Positions 9,533 to 19,551 of a DNA stretch of 64,000 nucleotides are shown piece by piece. This stretch comes from Capsulimonadaceae bacterium. Lineage in GTDB: Bacteria > Armatimonadota > Armatimonadia > Armatimonadales > Capsulimonadaceae. The notes beneath the pieces are model-generated. The model had not been told where the DNA came from. It saw only the letters and a program-made list of their open reading frames with translations, and did no database searches. The first letter of the stretch is position 1; every line of letters starts with the position of its first letter. The stretch spans positions 4,416,001 through 4,480,000 of the forward strand of contig OZ244065.1 of NCBI GenBank assembly GCA_965215505.1, in the 5' to 3' direction. The translations under genes and the position numbers were made by a program.

Positions 9533-10996
9533 TCACACCGAATACATCGTCTCCAAATCCACCAGCACAAGTCTCTTTGGCTCCTGGGCCGCCGCGATCT
9601 CCGTCAGACGCGGCGTGAACCCGGAGCGGGAGAACAGGACCAGGACGGGGTCGGAGCCGTCGAGGCCGGCGAGTGTCAGGTCGCGCTGCAAGGCGGCGTA
9701 CTCGCGGACATCCACCGCCGCCTCGGTCCACTTGCAGGAGCCGGCCAGGACCACCTGGCCGCGCATGTCCGTCGCCATCACGTCTATCTCGCGGTCCCCA
9801 ACGCCCCACCACGTCCCGACCTCGGTGAACCCCGTTTCGGCCAGGGGCGCGACCGACGCGGGGCGCGCCTCCGAGGCAAGGACGCGCCAGAGGAACTGGC
9901 GACAGGCGCGCTCGAATGCGGGACGGGAGACGTACTGGCTCAGGGAGGGCGCGATGGTCTGCTCCCAGAGCCGTGCCCCCAGGCCGCGAACGATCAGGCT
10001 GCGCGCGGGGTCCACATAGCGATACCAGAAGTCCAAATAGTTGTCGGCGAGGAAATACAGCGAGTTGCGTGAGCGGGCCTGGCCGCGCTCCGTGATCGGC
10101 ACCTCGCGTACCAGCAGGCCCATCTCCTGCAAGGTCGTGAGCTGCGGGGCCACGTCCTGCGCCGCCCCCTTGCCGATCGTCTTGGCGATCTCGGACGGGC
10201 GGCGGTCGCCCTGTGCCACAGCCCGGAGGATGGAGCCGTAGGTGACATCGCGCCGCAGGTCTTCCAGCAGCAGCCAGTTCGGTTCTTCGGAAAGATAGGT
10301 GTTGCGCCGGAGTACCGTCGCCATCAGGTTCCCCGCGATACCGATGCCGGGGTCGAATTGTTCCAGGTAGGAGGGCATCCCGCCGAGAATCGCATACGCC
10401 TCCATCCTCTCGCGCGGAGAATAGCTGGGGAAGAACAGGCCGGCGTCGGCATAGTCCATCGGCTCCAATTTGAGCGCCCCGGTGCGGCGATTATAAAGCG
10501 GGGCATTGCTATCCAACACTTGCCGCTCCATAAAGGCGACATAGGAGCCGGCGAGGAAGACCTTCAGGTTGGGACGGCGCTTGTTGGCGTCCCACCAGTG
10601 CTGGAGGGTGGTCAGCAGGCCGGCGTCCACATCCGCGAGGTAGGGCAGTTCATCAATCACGACGACGACTGGAACGGGATTACCGACCGCCTCGCGTTCG
10701 GCGGCTTGATGAACAAGGAAGTCCAGGAAAACGGGGACCGAGGCGAAAGGCTGCCCCAAAAACGTCTCCGGGTAGGCCTCTCGGGCGGCCCCGGTGAGTG
10801 CCGCTAGCTGAAGCGGCAGAGTGCGGCGTGTCGCCCGGTAAAAGATGTAAGGGAAGGCTGCCTCCTGCAAAGCCTGCTCCAGCAGGGCGCTTTTCCCGAC
10901 GCCCCGCCGGCCGTACACGATGATCAACTCAGAGCGCGGTGAGGAAAGCACCCCTCCCAGCATGGCGCGTTCCTGCTCTCGGTCATAAAACTGCAT
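9533..10996 (-). CDS. Archaeal-type ATPase with wHTH and C-terminal DUF234/PD-(D/E)xK nuclease-like domain
   Basis: FYDREQE, Walker A YGRRGVGKS, Walker B VVIDELPYL, GGMPSYL, DNYLDFWYRY, WW...EIDV...GSCKW. Confidence 0.88.
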   Translation of the reverse strand: MQFYDREQERAMLGGVLSSPRSELIIVYGRRGVGKSALLEQALQEAAFPYIFYRATRRTLPLQLAALTGAAREAYPETFLGQPFASVPVFLDFLVHQAAEREAVGNPVPVVVVIDELPYLADVDAGLLTTLQHWWDANKRRPNLKVFLAGSYVAFMERQVLDSNAPLYNRRTGALKLEPMDYADAGLFFPSYSPRERMEAYAILGGMPSYLEQFDPGIGIAGNLMATVLRRNTYLSEEPNWLLLEDLRRDVTYGSILRAVAQGDRRPSEIAKTIGKGAAQDVAPQLTTLQEMGLLVREVPITERGQARSRNSLYFLADNYLDFWYRYVDPARSLIVRGLGARLWEQTIAPSLSQYVSRPAFERACRQFLWRVLASEARPASVAPLAETGFTEVGTWWGVGDREIDVMATDMRGQVVLAGSCKWTEAAVDVREYAALQRDLTLAGLDGSDPVLVLFSRSGFTPRLTEIAAAQEPKRLVLVDLETMYSV

Positions 10997-11010
10997 AGTA
11001 GTCCCCTGAA

Positions 11011-11051
11011 TAGTATAATCATAATTAGTATAATCGTGATTATACTAATTA
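11011..11051. promoter_or_regulatory. AT-rich operator-like palindrome upstream of the ATPase
   Basis: TAATTAGTATAATC-GT-GATTATACTAATTA (11022-11051) plus an extra TAGTATAATC at 11011. Confidence 0.7.
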
Positions 11052-11117
11052 CGGTGTGGAAACGCAAGCGTTCCAAAATCGGCATCAAGACAGTATAATC
11101 TGTCGGAGGCTTTTTGT

Positions 11118-12185
11118 ATGACCGACGCCCTAGCCCTTGTCCGTGAACTCATCGCCCTCCCCGGCCCGCCGGGGCAGGAGGACTTGGTACGCACCACCGT
11201 CGCCGCCCATGCCGACCGGCTGGGGTGCGCCCACGAAACCGACGCGCGGGGGAACCTGCTCCTGTCCCTGCCCGGCGCGGGCAATATCCCCGCCCATCCC
11301 GACATCGTGGTGATGGCGCACCTGGACGAGATCGCCATGCTCGTCGTCGGGGCCGAGGCGGACGGGCGGCTGGCGATCACCAGTTTGGGCGGCGCGTACC
11401 CGTGGAAGTGGGGCGAAGGGCCTGTTCAGATTTTGGCTTCGGGTGGGCCGCTGACCGGCATCCTGTCCTTCGGGAGCATCCACACCAACGACGGCGGCAG
11501 CACGGCGGCCCAGGCGCGGGAGCGGGCCTTGACCTGGGGCGATGCGCGGGTCTGGACCGGCCTGACCGTGGAGGAACTGGCCGGGCGCGGCGTCCGGGCG
11601 GGGACGCGCGTCGTCCTGCACCCGTCCCAGCGGACCCTGACCGAAGTGGGCGAGTTCGTCTCCGCGCCCTTCCTGGACGACCGGGCGGATGTCGCCGCCC
11701 TGCTGCTGGCTTTAGAAAGAGACGACGTGAAGGGCATGGACCCTGCCCGCGTTCTGTTCGCCGCGACTGCCGCCGAGGAGGTGGGCTGCCATGGGGCGCT
11801 CTGGCTGCTGAACCAGCGCCCCGCCGCCGTCGGGATCGCGCTGGAGATCGGGCCGCGCGTGCCGGAAAGTCCGTTCGTCCTAGATGACCAGCCGACCGTC
11901 TGGGTCAACGACGGCTACAGCGCCATGCAGGCCCGCGACATTGACCTGGTGGCGCGCGCCGCCCGGCGGATCGGGCTAACGCCCCACTTCCAGGCCCTCT
12001 CGCGGGGCGGCAGTGACGCCTCCTGCGGGGCCTCGCGCGGCCTGGTCGCCCGCCCCATCACGCTGGCCTTCGGCGCGGAGAACTCGCACGGCCACGAGAT
12101 CATGCACCGGAACGCCGTCCCGAACCTGGCCGCGCTGCTCGCGGCGACTCTGACGGAGGTTTTAGGGGAGGGGAACCGTGGGTGA
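11118..12185 (+). CDS. M42-family (M20/M28 clan) metallopeptidase
   Basis: PGPPGQE, AHLDEI, LDDR, AEEVG, GGSDA, NSHGHE. Confidence 0.85.
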   Translation: MTDALALVRELIALPGPPGQEDLVRTTVAAHADRLGCAHETDARGNLLLSLPGAGNIPAHPDIVVMAHLDEIAMLVVGAEADGRLAITSLGGAYPWKWGEGPVQILASGGPLTGILSFGSIHTNDGGSTAAQARERALTWGDARVWTGLTVEELAGRGVRAGTRVVLHPSQRTLTEVGEFVSAPFLDDRADVAALLLALERDDVKGMDPARVLFAATAAEEVGCHGALWLLNQRPAAVGIALEIGPRVPESPFVLDDQPTVWVNDGYSAMQARDIDLVARAARRIGLTPHFQALSRGGSDASCGASRGLVARPITLAFGAENSHGHEIMHRNAVPNLAALLAATLTEVLGEGNRG

Positions 12186-12636
12186 CATTTCACACGGCGG
12201 CGTCTTCGAGCTGCGGTTGAACCCGCAGTATTACGACTTCGACCCGTCCGGCATCGCGCACAACGTCGTCTACATCCGCTGGCTAGAAGACGGCCGGCTG
12301 GCCTTCCAGAGCGCAAGTGCCTGGCCGCCGGACCGGCTCTATGCCGCCGACATCGCCGCCGCCCTGACCCGCACCGAGATCGTCTACAAAAAGCCCATCC
12401 GCCTGTCCGACCCCGTCACGCTCCGGGTCTGGGTGACGCACGTCGGCCGGTCCGCCCTGTCGCTGGCCCTGCGCTTCCTCCACCCGGAGACGGGTCTGGA
12501 ATACGCCCGCGCCGAGCAGAGCGGCTGCTTCGTCCGCCGCTCTACGGGCCGCCCCATCGCCATGCCCGCCGAGTTCCTGGAGTTCTGCCGGTCCTACTTG
12601 GCCCAGGTAGGATTGCCGGGAAGCGATGAAAGATGA
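12178..12636 (+). CDS. Acyl-CoA thioesterase (4HBT/YbgC hotdog fold)
   Basis: DFDPSGIAHNVVYIRWLEDGR, EIVYKKPIRL, HVGRSA. Confidence 0.85.
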   Translation: MGDISHGGVFELRLNPQYYDFDPSGIAHNVVYIRWLEDGRLAFQSASAWPPDRLYAADIAAALTRTEIVYKKPIRLSDPVTLRVWVTHVGRSALSLALRFLHPETGLEYARAEQSGCFVRRSTGRPIAMPAEFLEFCRSYLAQVGLPGSDER

Positions 12637-12687
12637 AACTTTTCGCCCGCCTTTTCTGTTATATAAAGGGTAAGAGGTAACTAACCC

Positions 12688-13206
12688 ATGAAGACATCAC
12701 GCCGCGATTTCCTGCGCAACTCCCTCCTCGGCACCGCCGCCGTCGGCGGCGCATTGCTCCTCAGCCGCTCCGGCCTGATGGGCGTCGCCGACGCCAAGCC
12801 CGCCGACCCCCGCCATTATGCCGTCGTCAAGACCGACGCCGAATGGAAGAAGCTCCTGACCCCCGTCCAGTACCACGTCCTGCGCGAGCAGGGCACGGAG
12901 CCGGCCTTCTCCGGCCAGTATGAGGCGAAGGGGAAGGGCATCTATGAGTGCGCCGCGTGCCACAATCCGCTGTTCAGCACGGACACGCAGTTCGACTCGG
13001 GCACGGGCTGGCCGAGCTTCTGGCAGCCCCTTTCCAAGACCAGCGTTTTCACCCGGACCGATGACAGCCTGGGCATGACCCGCGACGAGGTCGTCTGCAA
13101 CCGCTGCGGCTCCCATCTGGGCCACGTCTTCAACGACGGCCCCAAGCCGACGGGCCTGCGTTACTGCATGAACTCGGTCGCGATGAAGTTCGTGAAGAAG
13201 GCGTAA
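12688..13206 (+). CDS. msrB: Peptide-methionine (R)-S-oxide reductase with Tat signal
   Basis: SRRDFL Tat motif; [26 protein letters not shown]; two CxxC motifs. Confidence 0.95.
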   Translation: MKTSRRDFLRNSLLGTAAVGGALLLSRSGLMGVADAKPADPRHYAVVKTDAEWKKLLTPVQYHVLREQGTEPAFSGQYEAKGKGIYECAACHNPLFSTDTQFDSGTGWPSFWQPLSKTSVFTRTDDSLGMTRDEVVCNRCGSHLGHVFNDGPKPTGLRYCMNSVAMKFVKKA

Positions 13207-13230
13207 GCGTTGAGAGACTTTTTCCAAAGG

Positions 13231-13266
13231 GGCGGCGCGGACTGTTCAGTCCGCGCCGCCTTTTTG
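13231..13266 (+). terminator. Intrinsic terminator after msrB
   Basis: GGCGGCGCGGACTG-TT-CAGTCCGCGCCGCC followed by a T-run. Confidence 0.85.
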
Positions 13267-13453
13267 CGTTTCTTGTCATACACATTATAGACAGCTAAGT
13301 ATGACAAGAAATAGCTAAAAACAATTATTGACGCTCCCCTGGTTTAACTCCTTCTGCCGGTGTGGTAACAGGAGCATGGCAGCGTGAGCCGCCTACGGCG
13401 TACACCACGCATCTTTATCAGCCGGGCGGAAACTGCCAGAAGGAGAAACAACG

Positions 13454-13969
13454 ATGACCAACCAGATCAAGGCCGCCGCACTGCTTGCGGCGAGTCTCCT
13501 GCTGGGGACCGGCGGAGTCTCGCTCGCCCAGACCGGCGCAGGCGGCGCGGGCGGCACTGGAACGACGGGCAGCTCTTCAGGTGCCGGCGCTGGCTCCGGC
13601 GGCAGCATGGGCACTGGGTCGAACACTGGGGCCGGCGGCGCTTCCCGGAGCGGCGCGTCCGGGAGCAGCACGAGCGGGCGACGCCGGAGCAGTTCGCACC
13701 GCCGCACCAGTTCCCGAAAGTCGTCCCGCACCGGATCTCACTCGTCCTCCACTTCGGGGGTGGGTTCTTCGGGGATGGGTTCGGGAACTGGTAGCCGGTC
13801 CGGCATGGGCGGCTCCATGTCCGGCAGCGGCGCGGCGGGTTCCAGCAGCCGGCGACGTGGCGGCACGGGCGGCGCAGGGGCAGGCAACACCACCGGCGGC
13901 GCGGGCACGACCGGCGCAGGCGGCACGGGGGCTGGCGCGGGCGGCGGGGCTGGCACCACGACTCCTTAA
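13454..13969 (+). CDS. Secreted Gly/Ser/Thr-rich low-complexity protein
   Basis: AGGAG RBS, signal peptide ending SLA-Q, G/S/T-rich body with Arg/Ser blocks. Confidence 0.75.
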   Translation: MTNQIKAAALLAASLLLGTGGVSLAQTGAGGAGGTGTTGSSSGAGAGSGGSMGTGSNTGAGGASRSGASGSSTSGRRRSSSHRRTSSRKSSRTGSHSSSTSGVGSSGMGSGTGSRSGMGGSMSGSGAAGSSSRRRGGTGGAGAGNTTGGAGTTGAGGTGAGAGGGAGTTTP

Positions 13970-14031
13970 CATTGCCACTGACTGACGGGCGCGGGGGGCG
14001 AAACCTCCCGCGCCTTCCAAGGACTTCACCT

Positions 14032-14607
14032 ATGACCAGAGCGTCTTTCCACCCCCGCCTGACCAAAGCCGAATGCGAGATCTGGTTCGAGGCAGGGGCC
14101 GACTGGCAGGAACACACTGAGCGGCGGATGGAGGCCCATCTGGCGGACGCCTTTCCGGATGTCACCGGCGTCTCCGAGCCATTCCTGTGGTTCGAGCCGA
14201 ACTACCTGGCGGTCCTGAGCGGCCCGACGGGGGAGGGCGAGGCGCATACGGACGTCAAGGCGCACGCCGGCTGCATCACGCGCGCCCTGGCCGCCTACCA
14301 GGACGCGGCCCAGCCGCACCGGGTCCAGACGCTCTTCCTGAACTACCAGTTTGAATTCGACGCGACCTTCCTGCCGTGTGGCCCTAGGAAGACGGTCTGG
14401 AACACGCCGCACGAGATGATGACGCTGGAGCGCGAGACGCCCCCCGGCAGCCCCCGGACCCGGCTCGCGCTCCGGTGCCTGATCACCCGACCCCCGGTGA
14501 GCTGTCTGACCCGCTCCCCCGCCTGGCTCCAGCACATCCACCGCCGGATGGAAGGGGCGTTCCAGAAGGTGCAACAGAGCGACTCCCCCGGCGTGAGCCG
14601 GGTCTGA
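14032..14607 (+). CDS. Hypothetical protein
   Basis: ORF with genome-typical codon bias; AAGGA before the ATG. Confidence 0.55.
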   Translation: MTRASFHPRLTKAECEIWFEAGADWQEHTERRMEAHLADAFPDVTGVSEPFLWFEPNYLAVLSGPTGEGEAHTDVKAHAGCITRALAAYQDAAQPHRVQTLFLNYQFEFDATFLPCGPRKTVWNTPHEMMTLERETPPGSPRTRLALRCLITRPPVSCLTRSPAWLQHIHRRMEGAFQKVQQSDSPGVSRV

Positions 14608-14669
14608 CGCGCCGCAAAACGGCCGTCGCGGATGCCGACCACATTACCGGATCAAGAAAGGCTGTTTCC

Positions 14670-15599
14670 ATGTTTTTTCACACCAAACGACTGCAATACG
14701 ACGTCAAAGTCGAGCAGCCGAACGCGCTGTTCGCCAAAAAGGTCCAGGAAGTCCTGGGCGGCCAGTACGGCGAGATGACCGTCATGGTCCAGTATCTGTT
14801 CCAGGGCTGGAGCTGCCGCGGCCCGGCCAAGTACAAGGACATGCTGCTCGACATCGGCACCGAGGAGATCGGGCACGTCGAGATGCTCTGCACCATGATC
14901 GCCCGGCTGCTCGAAGGTGCCCCGCTTAGTGAGCAGGAGGCCGCCGTCGCGGCGAACCCGATGCTGGCCGCCATCATGGGCGGCATGAACCCGCAGCACG
15001 CCCTCGTATCCGGGGGCGGCCCGCGCCCCACCGACAGCGTCGGCAACCCGTGGAATGGCGGCTACGTCACCGCCAGCGGCAACATGATGGCCGACTTCCA
15101 TGCCAACCTGAACGCCGAGGTCAGCGGGCGCTTGCAGGTCTGCCGCCTGTACGAGATGACCGACGACCCCGGCATCCGGGACACCTTCGCCTACATGATC
15201 GCCCGCGACACCATGCACCAGAACCAGTGGATCGCCGCGATCCAGGAGCTGGAGGCGGACGGCATAGACCAGTACCCCGTGCCCGGCCTGTTCGTCAAGG
15301 ACGGCGTCCACGCGGACGCCCAGAACCAGTTCTGGAACCTGTCGGAAGGCACGGACAGCCAGGCTGGCCGCTGGGCGAGCGGCCCCCGGCCCGACGGCAA
15401 GGGCCGGTTCGTCTACCTCGCCGACCCGCAGCCGCTGGGTGCCGAGCCGGTCCCCGTCCTGCCCGCCCCCGACGTGCGCCTGTACGACCTGCCCCCGACG
15501 CAGAGCGACGGCTTCCGGGCCGACGGCACCGGCATGGGCGGCGCGGGCGGAGTCCTCAAGGAAGCCGTCCAGGCGATCACCGGCAAGACCTCGGGCTGA
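14670..15599 (+). CDS. Manganese catalase family protein
   Basis: LGGQYGEM, DIGTEEIGHVEM, NAE, ARDTMHQNQW di-Mn ligands. Confidence 0.93.
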   Translation: MFFHTKRLQYDVKVEQPNALFAKKVQEVLGGQYGEMTVMVQYLFQGWSCRGPAKYKDMLLDIGTEEIGHVEMLCTMIARLLEGAPLSEQEAAVAANPMLAAIMGGMNPQHALVSGGGPRPTDSVGNPWNGGYVTASGNMMADFHANLNAEVSGRLQVCRLYEMTDDPGIRDTFAYMIARDTMHQNQWIAAIQELEADGIDQYPVPGLFVKDGVHADAQNQFWNLSEGTDSQAGRWASGPRPDGKGRFVYLADPQPLGAEPVPVLPAPDVRLYDLPPTQSDGFRADGTGMGGAGGVLKEAVQAITGKTSG

Positions 15600-15668
15600 G
15601 AGCCGGCGGCCCGACCGGAAACCGCCCGGCAAGGGGCCGACGCATACACGACGTAAGGAGGAACAACC

Positions 15669-16553
15669 ATGACACTATTGCAGCAGCAGGACCCGAAGAC
15701 CCAGGAGCAGGGGCCGCCCTCGGACGCCGAGCCGATCGCGCCGCCCGGCCACGAGAGCGAGATGAGCATCAAGCCGAACTACGGCGAGGACGCCTACGTC
15801 GGCAGCGAAAAGCTGCGGGACCGCGTCGCCCTCATCACCGGCGGGGACTCCGGCATCGGCCGCGCCGTCGCGCTGGCCTTCGCCCGCGAGGGCGCGGACA
15901 TACTGATCTCATTCCTCGACGAGGGCGAGGACGCCCAGGAGACCGCCCGGCTGGTCACCGAGTCGGGCCGCAAGGCCGTCCTCGTGCCCGGCGACATCTC
16001 CGAGGAGGCGCACTGCCAGCTTCTCGTGAAGCGGGCCATGGACGAGTTCGGCCACCTGGACATCCTCGTCAACAACGCCGCCTTCCAGCGGACCCACGAG
16101 AGCATCCAGGAGGTGCCGTCGGAGGAATGGGACCACACCTTCAAGACGAACATCTACGCCATGTTCTACCTGTGCAAAGCCGCGTTGGCGGTGATGCCCG
16201 CCGGCGGGTCCATCATCAACACCAGCTCCATCGAGGCGATCCAGCCCGACTCCATGCTGCTGGCCTATGCCGCCACCAAAGCCGCCATCGTCAACTTCAC
16301 CAAGGGGCTCGCCCAGGAGGCCATCAAGACCGGCGTCCGCGTCAACAGCGTCGCCCCCGGCCCCGTCTGGACCCCCCTGATCCCCTCCACCATGCCGCCC
16401 GACCAGGTGAAGACCTTCGGCAAGGACACCCTGCTGGAGCGCCCCGCCCAGCCCTCCGAGCTTGCCCCCGTCTATGTCCTGCTCGCCTCCCAGGAGGCCA
16501 GCTACATCACCGGCATGATCTACGGCGTCACCGGCGGCGACCCCATCGTCTGA
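15669..16553 (+). CDS. SDR oxidoreductase (YghA/YdaD general-stress type)
   Basis: TGGDSGIG, NNAA, YAATK, VAPGPVWTPL. Confidence 0.92.
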   Translation: MTLLQQQDPKTQEQGPPSDAEPIAPPGHESEMSIKPNYGEDAYVGSEKLRDRVALITGGDSGIGRAVALAFAREGADILISFLDEGEDAQETARLVTESGRKAVLVPGDISEEAHCQLLVKRAMDEFGHLDILVNNAAFQRTHESIQEVPSEEWDHTFKTNIYAMFYLCKAALAVMPAGGSIINTSSIEAIQPDSMLLAYAATKAAIVNFTKGLAQEAIKTGVRVNSVAPGPVWTPLIPSTMPPDQVKTFGKDTLLERPAQPSELAPVYVLLASQEASYITGMIYGVTGGDPIV

Positions 16554-16774
16554 CCCGCCTGCTTTGATCTGCTCTGCCACTCCCCCCGCCGGGGCGACCG
16601 GGACAACCCGCGCCGCCCCGGCTTTTCTTTCTCCCCACTCCCGTTCCAAAGTCCCTTTGCAAGAATCAGTGAACCTTTGGTATAATAGAGCGTCCCTACC
16701 ATATCACTGCCGCTTTCTCCCGGCCCGCGTCCCGTCACCGCCCGCGTTCTACCCGCCCCTTTGGAGGCTTACCG

Positions 16775-18130
16775 ATGACACTGACCACCACTGACACCCG
16801 CCGCCTCGCCCACCTGCTGCGGCGCGCGGGCTTCGGCGCACGCCCCTCGGAATGGACCGAGTACAGCAAGCTGGGCGTTGCCGGGACCACGAGCCGCCTG
16901 CTCCACCCCGAGGCCGTCCCGGACCCGTTCGAGGCCGTCCTCGCGGGCATCCAGGGCGACTATGTGGACTTCGACGACATCGGCAGCACCCGCAAGTGGT
17001 GGATGTACCGCATGTCCCACACGCCCCGGCCCCTGGAAGAAAAGCTGACCCTGTTCTGGCACAACCACTTCGCGACCGCAAACTACAAGGTGGACAACCC
17101 GCGCTGGATGTGGACGCAGAACCAGCTCTTCCGCACCCACGCGCTCGGCAACTTCCGCACCATGCTCCAGGCCGTCTCGCGCGACCCCGCCATGCTGGTC
17201 TGGCTCGACGGGGCCGAGAACCGCAAGGGCCGGCCCAACGAGAACTACGGCCGCGAACTGCTGGAACTCTTTACCATGGGCGTCGGCAACGGCTACACCG
17301 AAGCCGATGTCAAAGAAGCCGCCCGCGCCTTCACCGGCTGGCACTTCGACCGGGACAAAGGCGTCTTCGTCTTCGACGCCGACCGCCATGACGACGGCGT
17401 CAAGACGTTTCTAGGCCAGACCGGGGCCTTCAACGGCGACGACATCATTGACATCCTCGTCAAGCACCCGTCTACGGCCAACTTCGTCTGCGGCAAGCTG
17501 TTCCGCTACTTCGTCCACGAGACGCCGATGCCTGCCGACATCGCGCCGCTCTCCAAGGTCTACTTCAACAGCGGCTATGACATCCGGGCCGTCGTCGCCT
17601 CCATCCTGAACTCGCCCGCGTTCTACTCCGACGCCGCCTACCACGCCAAGATCAAGAACCCCACCGAGTACGTCGTCACCGCCCTGCGGACATTGGACGC
17701 CCCGTTCTCCGCCGCCAACAACAGCCTGCTCTCGTCAACCCGCACGATGGGCCAGGAGCTGTTCAGCCCGCCCAACGTCAAGGGCTGGCCGGGCGGCAAG
17801 ACGTGGATGAACACCATGACCCTGATCACCCGCGTCAACTTCGCCAGCGGCCTGACCTACGAAATGAACCGCCACGGGCTGCTCGGCCCGCGCCTGCGCC
17901 ACGCCATCGCCGCCTACGGCACCGCGCCTAGCGGCCTGGCGACTCCGGAACACCTGGTGGACGCCGTCTGGGGCCTGATGCTGCCCGGCCACCCGCCCAG
18001 CGCGCCGACCCGCGACGCCCTCGTCGCCTTCGCCCGCGACGGCGGCCACCCGGCTCAGGTCAACTTCGACGCCAAAGCCCCCGGCCTGGTGTCCCTGATC
18101 CTGTCCGCGCCCGAATATCAATTGGCCTAG
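16775..18130 (+). CDS. DUF1800 domain protein
   Basis: HLLRRAGFG, EKLTLFWHNHF, PNENYGRELLELFTMG, PPNVKGW, PEYQL. Confidence 0.92.
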   Translation: MTLTTTDTRRLAHLLRRAGFGARPSEWTEYSKLGVAGTTSRLLHPEAVPDPFEAVLAGIQGDYVDFDDIGSTRKWWMYRMSHTPRPLEEKLTLFWHNHFATANYKVDNPRWMWTQNQLFRTHALGNFRTMLQAVSRDPAMLVWLDGAENRKGRPNENYGRELLELFTMGVGNGYTEADVKEAARAFTGWHFDRDKGVFVFDADRHDDGVKTFLGQTGAFNGDDIIDILVKHPSTANFVCGKLFRYFVHETPMPADIAPLSKVYFNSGYDIRAVVASILNSPAFYSDAAYHAKIKNPTEYVVTALRTLDAPFSAANNSLLSSTRTMGQELFSPPNVKGWPGGKTWMNTMTLITRVNFASGLTYEMNRHGLLGPRLRHAIAAYGTAPSGLATPEHLVDAVWGLMLPGHPPSAPTRDALVAFARDGGHPAQVNFDAKAPGLVSLILSAPEYQLA

Positions 18131-18173
18131 GAAGCCCAAGCCCTGAGACCGGGGCCATGCGGAGCAACAAACC

Positions 18174-19445
18174 ATGTCCATTTACGACCCGACCACGCGC
18201 CGCCAGTTCTTGCAGAACGGCCTGACCTTCGTCGGGCTTGGCCTCGCCATGCCCACCTTCCTGATGCGCGCCGCCCAGGCCCAGGCCGCCGATCCCTTGG
18301 CCGCGCCCCTGCCGGCCATTCCCGCCGGGAAGATTTTGGTGGTCATCGAGATGTCCGGCGGCAACGATGGCCTCAACACCGCCATCCCCTACACCGACCT
18401 GGGCTACCTCAAAGCGCGCCCCACCATCGGAGTCTCCACCAGCGATGTCGTCAAGATCGCTCCCAAGGTCGGCCTGCACCCGAACATGCGGGCCTTGAAG
18501 CCGCTCTATGACCGGGGCCAGCTCGCCGTCATCACCGGCGTCGGCTATCCCAATCCGAACCGCAGCCACTTCCAGTCAATGGACGTCTGGCAGACCGGCA
18601 ACCCCGCCGTGGACGTCCGCGAGCGGACCGGCTGGCTCGCCCGCTACTTCGACAAGGACGGCCACTTCAACGGCAACCCCCTGTCCGGCATCACCCTCGG
18701 CTCGGCCCTGCCGCTCGCCATGTTCTCCGACAGCGTTCCCGCCTCGGTCATCGGCGGCGGGGGGCAGGACTTCGGGTTCACCAGCCAGGCCCCCGACAAG
18801 AAGCAGCAGAGCGAAACCCTGCGCGCCCTCTACGCTCAGGGCACCGTCGCCGGCACAAACGCCGAGTTCGTCCGCAACGTCGGCAGCGAGGCCTACAGCA
18901 GCAGCCTGGAAATGAAGCGCGCCTTCAAAGACTACGACGTCAAGGCCACCCACGCCGCCCCTTACCCGCAGAGCGGGCTGGCCAACGGACTCCAGACCAT
19001 CTCCAAGCTCATCACCGGCGGGGTCGGCACCCGCGTCTACTACCTCGGCATGGGCGGCTTCGACACCCACGCCAACCAGCCCCGCTCCCACGCAAACCTC
19101 CTGGGCGAGCTGGCCGACGGCCTGACCGCCTTCTACGCCGACCTGACCGCCCAGGGCCGCGCCAATGACGTCATCACCATGACCTTTTCCGAGTTCGGTC
19201 GGCGCGTCAAGGAGAACGGCTCCTCGGGCACCGACCACGGCGCGGCCAGCGTCATGTTCCTCGCGGGCGGGTCCATCAAGGGCGGCGTCTACGGCGAATA
19301 CCCCAGCCTGACCGATCTGGACGACGGCGACCTGCGGATGCACACCGACTTCCGCTCCGTCTACGCCACCCTGCTCGACAAGTGGCTCCAGACCCCCTCC
19401 TCGCCCGTCCTGGACGGGAACTTCGCCCACCTCGATTTCGTGTAG
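18174..19445 (+). CDS. DUF1501 domain protein with Tat signal
   Basis: TRRQFL, GGNDGLN, NRSHF, GGFDTH, SEFGRR, GTDHG, DFRSVY. Confidence 0.92.
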   Translation: MSIYDPTTRRQFLQNGLTFVGLGLAMPTFLMRAAQAQAADPLAAPLPAIPAGKILVVIEMSGGNDGLNTAIPYTDLGYLKARPTIGVSTSDVVKIAPKVGLHPNMRALKPLYDRGQLAVITGVGYPNPNRSHFQSMDVWQTGNPAVDVRERTGWLARYFDKDGHFNGNPLSGITLGSALPLAMFSDSVPASVIGGGGQDFGFTSQAPDKKQQSETLRALYAQGTVAGTNAEFVRNVGSEAYSSSLEMKRAFKDYDVKATHAAPYPQSGLANGLQTISKLITGGVGTRVYYLGMGGFDTHANQPRSHANLLGELADGLTAFYADLTAQGRANDVITMTFSEFGRRVKENGSSGTDHGAASVMFLAGGSIKGGVYGEYPSLTDLDDGDLRMHTDFRSVYATLLDKWLQTPSSPVLDGNFAHLDFV

Positions 19446-19469
19446 CCGCGGCGCAGAGGGCATGCAAAG

Positions 19470-19495
19470 AAGGCCGGGGCAAATGCCCCGGCCTT
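19470..19495. terminator. Hairpin between convergent genes
   Basis: AAGGCCGGGGC-AAAT-GCCCCGGCCTT. Confidence 0.65.
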
Positions 19496-19551
19496 CCTTC
19501 CTGTCTTCCACCGTGCTGCTACCTCCGGTGCGCCTGCACTGGCCTTCCGCG

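Noticed and set aside
4570-11000. Integrative element or prophage at tRNA-Asn
   Set aside because: No integrase or phage genes, and I saw no duplicated tRNA 3' end in the window.
16775-19445. DUF1800-DUF1501 pair as a novel system
   Set aside because: The function is unknown, but this gene pair is widespread and well known, and nothing here is distinctive.
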